DNA of 64,000 bases from Amoebophrya sp. A120 (lineage: Eukaryota > Protista > Dinoflagellata), in the NCBI GenBank assembly GCA_905178155.1, contig CAJINV010000002.1:5802859-5866858 (forward strand), written 5' to 3'. The notes under the pieces were generated by a model. That model ran no database searches. It was not told the origin of the DNA and was given only the letters and a program-made list of their open reading frames with translations. Shown piece after piece: positions 62,001 through 64,000 of the stretch. Numbering within the stretch: the first letter of the stretch is position 1; each line of letters begins with the position of its first letter. Both the position numbers and the translations under genes were made by a program.

Positions 62001-63801
62001 TATTGCATGAGCAGCAAGAGGCGTCCAGTTTTTGCTCCGCGGAGAGGGCATTTGTCATGCGGGTTAGGCATCAAGATACCCGCAAAAAATTTGTGATGCT
62101 GGGGCATACATCGCAGACATCACGGGTCATACAAAATGTGCATGGCAAACCTTGCAATCTTCCAGACCCAGAAATATTTACATTTGATATGTCCTTTTCC
62201 TGGCGCCGCATCTTCCGCCCGGACTTCGTCGCGTTGGATTTGGAATAGATACTGGGAGACGAAGAATTTTTAAACGCGGTTTTCTGGTACGTCTGGAAGG
62301 ATGGACGTTTTTTCTTGGGATCTTCATTATCCCCTGTTGTAGTTGTACCACCATCGAGCACGGCTGTTCCTGCTTCCTCCATCCCCTTTCTCGCCGCCAA
62401 CAAGGGCAAATGCGGCGAGCTCTCGCTCTGGCGGTGGACCACGTAGTTGTACTGGTTTTTAACGTTCTTTCGCTGCTGCGCGTCCGCACCAGATGTACTT
62501 CCGGGGGGAGCAGGAAAAGGAAAACCAAAACGACTACTGTCATTCGCATCCCTTATTTGCAAGTAATCTTCGACCAAAGTGTTGGTCTGCGTGCCAACCT
62601 TTATCTTCGTGTCCATCTCAGAGAAAAGTTGCGCATGATTGCTACCACCTTCGTGGTTGTTCCAGTCAATCGACTCCAAAGACCCAGGGCAACCTCCGCC
62701 GACCCCATTCCGGAGGCCTCTTCAGAGGCCTCCTTGGGGGGCCTAGTTAGCTCGGGATTGCATGAAATCCAGGGGGGGTGATCCGGAGGCCATCCGGGCC
62801 GCCATTGTGGCCCACCAAGGGTTGCCCAAAAGGCCTCCGAAAGCGGCCCCAATGAGAGGGCTTCAGAATGGCGCTTCGAATGGGCGCCCAATTTGGGGCG
62901 CTGGCGAGCCGGGGCTTGAAGGGGGGCTTTTTAGGCCGGCGGCCCTGGCTGGTTCGGGCGGGCGGGGCGGTTCGGAAGGATTTTGGGGCGGCCTAGCCTT
63001 GGGGCCGCGCCTCCGATGCTAGACCACAGGGGCCACGCCGCAACAGGGAAAACACCGCACGCGTGGCAGCAGCCTGTCTCGGCGGAGAGGCGCGGCAATG
63101 GCCTTGCCGTGGTTGGAAGGCGACCAAAACAGTAGAGGCGCGAGGGGTGGCGCGGTCACTAGGTCTGTTGTTACGGCTGGTTGGGAGGCCAGCGTGGTGG
63201 CGCCGTTGTGGGGTCGCAGCGATGCAAGCTGAGGCAACAGGCGCAGCGCCCGCGGCCTTGCGCTACGAGTGTTGCTTCACTTCCGGGGATGCGGCGAGAT
63301 GTGAAAATGGATCGCGTGCACTTGCTGGCAAGCTTGCTAAAGGCGGCAGTAGCGTCGCGGCGTCCAGCCTCCCGACGGTGCCAATTCTGGCGCATGGCAA
63401 AGATTTCTTGGCGACACACCCAAGGCAAGGCGTGCGGCGTTTCGCCTGCCGGCATTTAACTGAACTACCCGCGTGCCCAGTTTTTGCGCCACCTTTCAAA
63501 AAAAAAAACTATGACTTTTAAAAACGCGACTTTAAGCGCGCCATAAAAGTTGCGCATGATTGCTACCACCTTCGTGGTTGTTCCAGTCCATCGACTCCAA
63601 AGACCCCCGCGTACTGTAACTTTCGGAGTGAAATCGGCCTAGCAACTGGGTGGCTTCTGAAACGCGCTCAAAATGTCCACTACCATGGCCATGGGACGCC
63701 AGGCGGCGATAGGGAGTGGCGCTGTCGAAGTGTTTCCTTTGGCCCCAGAGCCCACAACAAGAAACACAAAAAGAAGACGCGCAAATTGGACAAGTTCCCA
63801 G
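59061..63801 (-). CDS. Multi-exon low-complexity coding region with N-terminal CxxC..FCxxCC finger; 5'-partial; probably the upstream part of the IPK gene
   Basis: In-frame joins across seven introners from 62685 to ~59061; exon 63801-63545 (CPICASSFCVSCC) preceded by CTAAC and TTGCAG acceptor. Confidence 0.7.
59169..59490. mobile_element. Introner, family E
   Basis: Exact DR GCCGG. Confidence 0.9.
59531..59701. mobile_element. Introner, family I (TATCCC..GAAAAAGACCGACAGGTCAT TIR)
   Basis: Exact DR TTTTT; ~45-bp TIR. Confidence 0.9.
60332..60438. mobile_element. Minimal 107-bp introner (TATCCAGGAAAAAACAC TIR)
   Basis: Exact DR ACGCA; almost entirely palindromic. Confidence 0.9.
60510..60773. 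mobile_element. Introner, family A
   Basis: Exact DR GGGTG. Confidence 0.9.
60850..61027. mobile_element. Introner, family I
   Basis: DR GAGAC/GAGGA; inverted relative to the 59531 copy. Confidence 0.85.
61290..61527. mobile_element. Introner, family G
   Basis: Exact DR GTTCT. Confidence 0.9.
61928..62189. mobile_element. Introner, family A
   Basis: Exact DR TGTCC. Confidence 0.9.
62624..63606. repeat. 62-bp exon duplication flanking an 859-bp GC-rich insert
   Basis: 62624-62685 and 63545-63606 identical except for one base. Confidence 0.9.
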
Positions 63802-64000
63802 CTGCAAGTTTCCAGAAAAGGCCTCAGTTAGCGGCCAGGCACAAATGCGAGGGAGGGCCTAGGGCGGAAGGTCACCGGGCCCCTCCGGCCAGGCAGCAGC
63901 AAAAGGCGCAGCGGTCTTGTTCAACAGGTCTCGGCTGACAGGCTTTTTCGACAAGTTGGGGCCGCCAAGTTGCAGAAAAAGCTCGTCTTTTCGTTTCTTC

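Noticed and set aside
5029-62189. Many short ORFs sharing peptides such as MSGSGR, PDPDIF, QKCLGLE, FQTQT
   Set aside because: They are translations of family-A TIRs, not a protein family.
1-64000. Autonomous transposase, tRNA/rRNA, dinoflagellate spliced-leader relics, telomeric repeats
   Set aside because: None recognised by eye; absence is not proven.

Overview
Eukaryotic nuclear DNA, most likely a syndinean dinoflagellate parasite of the Amoebophrya type (inferred from intron architecture, co-oriented gene blocks and a myzozoan CPW-WPC gene). About 13 protein-coding genes lie in two blocks: two on + (841-16266) and the rest on - (18465-64000), converging on an AT-rich island. The dominant feature is about 50 non-canonical 'introner' introns from roughly 9 terminal-inverted-repeat (TIR) families. 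Nearly all run TA...TA, are flanked by a 5-bp direct repeat (DR) and share an internal GCATGACAA-type motif. Removing the element plus one DR restores the reading frame at almost every site I traced, so full gene models could be built by hand: a CNBD ion channel, a CPW-WPC protein, a 2-Cys peroxiredoxin, a RanBP2-ZnF/RS protein, an inositol polyphosphate kinase and several hypotheticals. IR/DR introners are already described in Amoebophrya. Possibly new here: transcription-polarised DR decay sparing the 5th base, orientation-independent removal, one element converted to GT-AG in register, TIRs overwritten by exon sequence, and a nested insert with a 19-bp duplication. All splice junctions are inferred from DNA only.
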